DNA from: an uncultured Puniceicoccaceae bacterium
Lineage (GTDB): Bacteria; Verrucomicrobiota; Verrucomicrobiia; Opitutales; Oceanipulchritudinaceae
Assembly: GCA_963933835.1 (NCBI GenBank)
Contig: CAWVVV010000003.1
Coordinates: 192,001-256,000, forward strand
DNA length: 64,000 nucleotides
Direction of reading: 5' to 3'
Both the position numbers and the translations under genes were made by a program. Shown one piece after another: positions 61,044-64,000 of this stretch (position 1 is the stretch's first letter; each line of letters begins with the position of its first letter). The notes under the pieces are model-generated. The model had not been told where the DNA came from and made no database searches. It was given only the letters and a program-made list of their open reading frames with translations.

Positions 61044-63854
61044 GGTCTCGAGCAGGCGCTTGATCTCGTCGCGCTTGGCTTGAGTCTCGGCGAGTTGTTT
61101 GCGGGCGCCTTCGACGACTGCAGGCGGGGCGCTGTTGACGAATTTTTCGTTCTTCAACTTGCCTTCACCGGCACGGATGCCGCCTTCGAGTTTTTGTAGT
61201 TCTTTTTCAAGACGCGTGCGTTCGGCATCGACATCAATCGAGCCGGAGAGGTCGACGAAGACGGAACCCAGATTTGTCACTGAAGCAGGCATGCCTTCGG
61301 GAGCAGCGGACTCAATCGAGATCTTTGCTACCGGGATAAGGCTGAGGAGCATCTCCTCATTCTTCGTCAGCGCATCGCGGGAAGCATCGCTTTCTGGAAC
61401 GACGTAAAGATCGACATCCTTTTTATTTGCGAGGCGATACTGTGCTTTGAGAGCACGGGCGCGGGTGATGAATTCTTTAAGCGATTCGAGTTCATTCGCT
61501 GTTGTATCTGAAATCTCAATACCTTGGGCCTTGAGGCCCGCTTCAATCTCGTCGGCTTTCGCCACGCGATTATCTTGAAGGAGCTTGCCTTCGACGGCGA
61601 AGCCGAGCCCTTGGAAGAGCTCTTCAGTGATGAAAGGCAGAACTGGATGCAGGAGTAAGAGTCCCTGACGCAGAACGAGGTCGATGACGGCGAGGGCGTT
61701 GTCTCGATTCGCTTCGTCGCGCAGGCGTGGCTTTACGATCTCAACATACCAGTCGCAATAGTCGCTCCAGAGGAAGGCGTAGAGCTGCTCGCAGTATTGC
61801 GGCATCTCATAGCGCTCGAAGTTGCCTTCGATCTTACGCGTCGTCTCGATGAGGCGGGCGAGGATCCAGCGGTCAGCGGTTTCGAGCTGGGCAGGATCAA
61901 TGCGAGCAAACTGGCTCTCGAAGTCACTGCTTTTCACTACATCGCCACTCATCTGACGGAAGCGGATGGCGTTCCAAAGTTTATTACAGAAGTTGCGTCC
62001 GAGTTCTGAGGACGGCACGTCGATGCTTTCTCCATCCTTCGCCGGAGTGAACTTGTAGAGGATGTCTTGCCCGCTTGGCGCGAGACTGACGACGCCCCAG
62101 CGCATGGCATCGGCACCATACTTCTCGATGATCTCAAGCGGATCGGGTGAGTTGCCCAAGCTCTTCGACATCTTGCGGCCTTTGCCATCGCGAATAAGGC
62201 CGGTCATGTAGACGTCCTTAAACGGAATACGCTCTGCGAGCTGTTCATCGGTGAGGGTTTCGCTCGCCTCTCCTTTGAATTCGAGCCCCGCGATGATCAT
62301 GCGGGCGACCCAGAGGAAGATAATATCAAAGCCCGTCACGAGGACGCTTGTCGGGTAGAAGTAAGCGAGCTCTTTGGCTCCTTCGCCGTTTTCTTCCGGC
62401 CAGCCAAAGTTTGCTAGGCACCAGAGCCATGATGAGGCCCAGGTATCCAAAACATCATTCTCCTGCTCCCAGTTCTCGGGATCACTTGGGCCATCGACGG
62501 AGACGTGGACGAGCTCAGGATTCTGATAATCGGCTTCAGTCCAAGCGGAGCGATCACTCCCCTTCTTATACCAGACCGGAATGCGGTGCCCCCACCAAAG
62601 TTGGCGGCTGATGCACCAGTCGATCTTGTCGTTCTGCATCGTATCGAGCCAATGCATGTAAGTCTTTTCCCAGCGCTTGGGGTGGAACTGGATGATGCCT
62701 TTTTCGACGACCTGCTTGGCTTCTTCGACCTTCGGGTAGCGCATCCACCATTGTTGGGTGAGACGCGGCTCAACCGGCACGCCACCGCGCTCGGAGTAGC
62801 CGACGCTGTTTTCGTAGGCTTCGGTTTCGACGAGGAGTCCGAGTTCTTCGAGCTTCGCGATCGCTTTTTTGCGGGCTACGAAGCGATCGAGGCCGGCAAA
62901 GTCTTCTCCCGCTATGGCGCTGAGGGTGCCGTCGGGATTGAGGACGTCGATGATTGGCAGGTCGTGGCGTTGGCCGATCTCAAAGTCGACCGAGTCGTGC
63001 GCAGGCGTGACCTTGAGGCAACCGGTGCCAAATTCGCGGTCAACTGCCTCGTCACCAACGATAGGAATTTCTTCGCGTGGGAACGGGCGCCAAATTGTCT
63101 TTCCGATGAGATGCTGATAACGCTCGTCCTCAGGGTGAACCGCCACAGCGGTGTCGCCCATGATTGTCTCTGGACGCGTCGTCGAGATCTCCAAGTGCGT
63201 GCGCTTCACTCCATCGGGACCGGTGGACGGCTCGGCAAGCTCGTAGCGCATCTTGTAGAAGGAACCTTTCTGCGGACGCATGAGGACCTCTTCATTGCTG
63301 AGCGCAGTCTGGTCTTTCGGGCACCAGTTACTCATGCGTAGACCGCGGTAGAGGTAGCCGCGCTCGTAGAGTTTCACGAAGGCCGCTAGAACCGCTTTCG
63401 CATAGCTCTCATCGAGGGTGAAGCTCTGGCGATCCCAGTCGCAGGAAGCACCGAGTTTCTGGAGCTGATTAAAGATGATGCCGCCGTGCTCTTCCTTCCA
63501 CTTCCAAACTTCGTCGACAAACTTTTCGCGCCCGAGGTCGCGGCGATCGATGCCCTCTTCCTTCAGCTTCTTCTCGACCCGAGATTGCGTCGCAATGCCA
63601 GCGTGGTCGGTCCCGGGGTACCAGAGCGCCGACTTTCCTTCCAAGCGGGCACGGCGGGTAAAGATGTCCTGAAGGGTGTTGTTCAGGATGTGTCCCATGT
63701 GCAGAATCCCCGTCACATTCGGCGGCGGAATCATAATCGCGTGCGGCTCACGCTCGTCGTCGACAGTGGCCGCGAAGGCTTTTTGGCGGAGCCATTCGGC
63801 ATACCAGCGGTCTTCTACAGCAGAGGGGTCGTATGTTTTGGCGATTTCGGACAT
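61035..63854 (-). CDS. valS: Valine--tRNA ligase
   Basis: PPPNVTG.LHMGH, DHAGIATQ, TRPET, WCISRQLWWGH, KMSKS, C-terminal coiled coil. Confidence 0.97.
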   Translation of the reverse strand: MSEIAKTYDPSAVEDRWYAEWLRQKAFAATVDDEREPHAIMIPPPNVTGILHMGHILNNTLQDIFTRRARLEGKSALWYPGTDHAGIATQSRVEKKLKEEGIDRRDLGREKFVDEVWKWKEEHGGIIFNQLQKLGASCDWDRQSFTLDESYAKAVLAAFVKLYERGYLYRGLRMSNWCPKDQTALSNEEVLMRPQKGSFYKMRYELAEPSTGPDGVKRTHLEISTTRPETIMGDTAVAVHPEDERYQHLIGKTIWRPFPREEIPIVGDEAVDREFGTGCLKVTPAHDSVDFEIGQRHDLPIIDVLNPDGTLSAIAGEDFAGLDRFVARKKAIAKLEELGLLVETEAYENSVGYSERGGVPVEPRLTQQWWMRYPKVEEAKQVVEKGIIQFHPKRWEKTYMHWLDTMQNDKIDWCISRQLWWGHRIPVWYKKGSDRSAWTEADYQNPELVHVSVDGPSDPENWEQENDVLDTWASSWLWCLANFGWPEENGEGAKELAYFYPTSVLVTGFDIIFLWVARMIIAGLEFKGEASETLTDEQLAERIPFKDVYMTGLIRDGKGRKMSKSLGNSPDPLEIIEKYGADAMRWGVVSLAPSGQDILYKFTPAKDGESIDVPSSELGRNFCNKLWNAIRFRQMSGDVVKSSDFESQFARIDPAQLETADRWILARLIETTRKIEGNFERYEMPQYCEQLYAFLWSDYCDWYVEIVKPRLRDEANRDNALAVIDLVLRQGLLLLHPVLPFITEELFQGLGFAVEGKLLQDNRVAKADEIEAGLKAQGIEISDTTANELESLKEFITRARALKAQYRLANKKDVDLYVVPESDASRDALTKNEEMLLSLIPVAKISIESAAPEGMPASVTNLGSVFVDLSGSIDVDAERTRLEKELQKLEGGIRAGEGKLKNEKFVNSAPPAVVEGARKQLAETQAKRDEIKRLLETLG

Positions 63855-64000
63855 GGTCTGAAAGGGGCTTAAAAGAAGCCGAAAAGAGAGTTCTTCCCAG
63901 CTCAGTAGGTCAACGGGAAACGCTAGGGGGGCAATCTAAGGGAAGGAGAAACAATCCGGCTACTCTTCCGTCTTGCCCCACGCCCGCACAACCCCAGCGT

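Overview
Core-genome window from a bacterium that I infer to be Verrucomicrobiota (Opitutales-like), based on protein style and gene content; this is not proven. It holds nitrogen-assimilation genes (glnD with a GAF-GAF kinase, type II glutamine synthetase, an NtrC-like regulator, gltBD), purM/purF/purL, a type II secretion cluster (G-H-I-J-K-L-M-D-C-E-F), pyrE, two porins, tadA, sod, ispFD/ispE, ptsI, phosphatases plus a minimal kinase, a tRNA(CAT) and valS. Small accessory cassettes sit between these genes, each tied to short repeats. (i) A GxxExxY gene lies between 29-bp inverted repeats built of three CAGAT boxes. (ii) A nucleotidyltransferase and partner gene lie between inverted GTAG-REP hairpins, next to a stack of orphan repeat ends. 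(iii) A second small-protein/nucleotidyltransferase pair follows a truncated sugar isomerase and ends at a collapsed REP. Four accessory genes are broken, while the long core genes appear intact.
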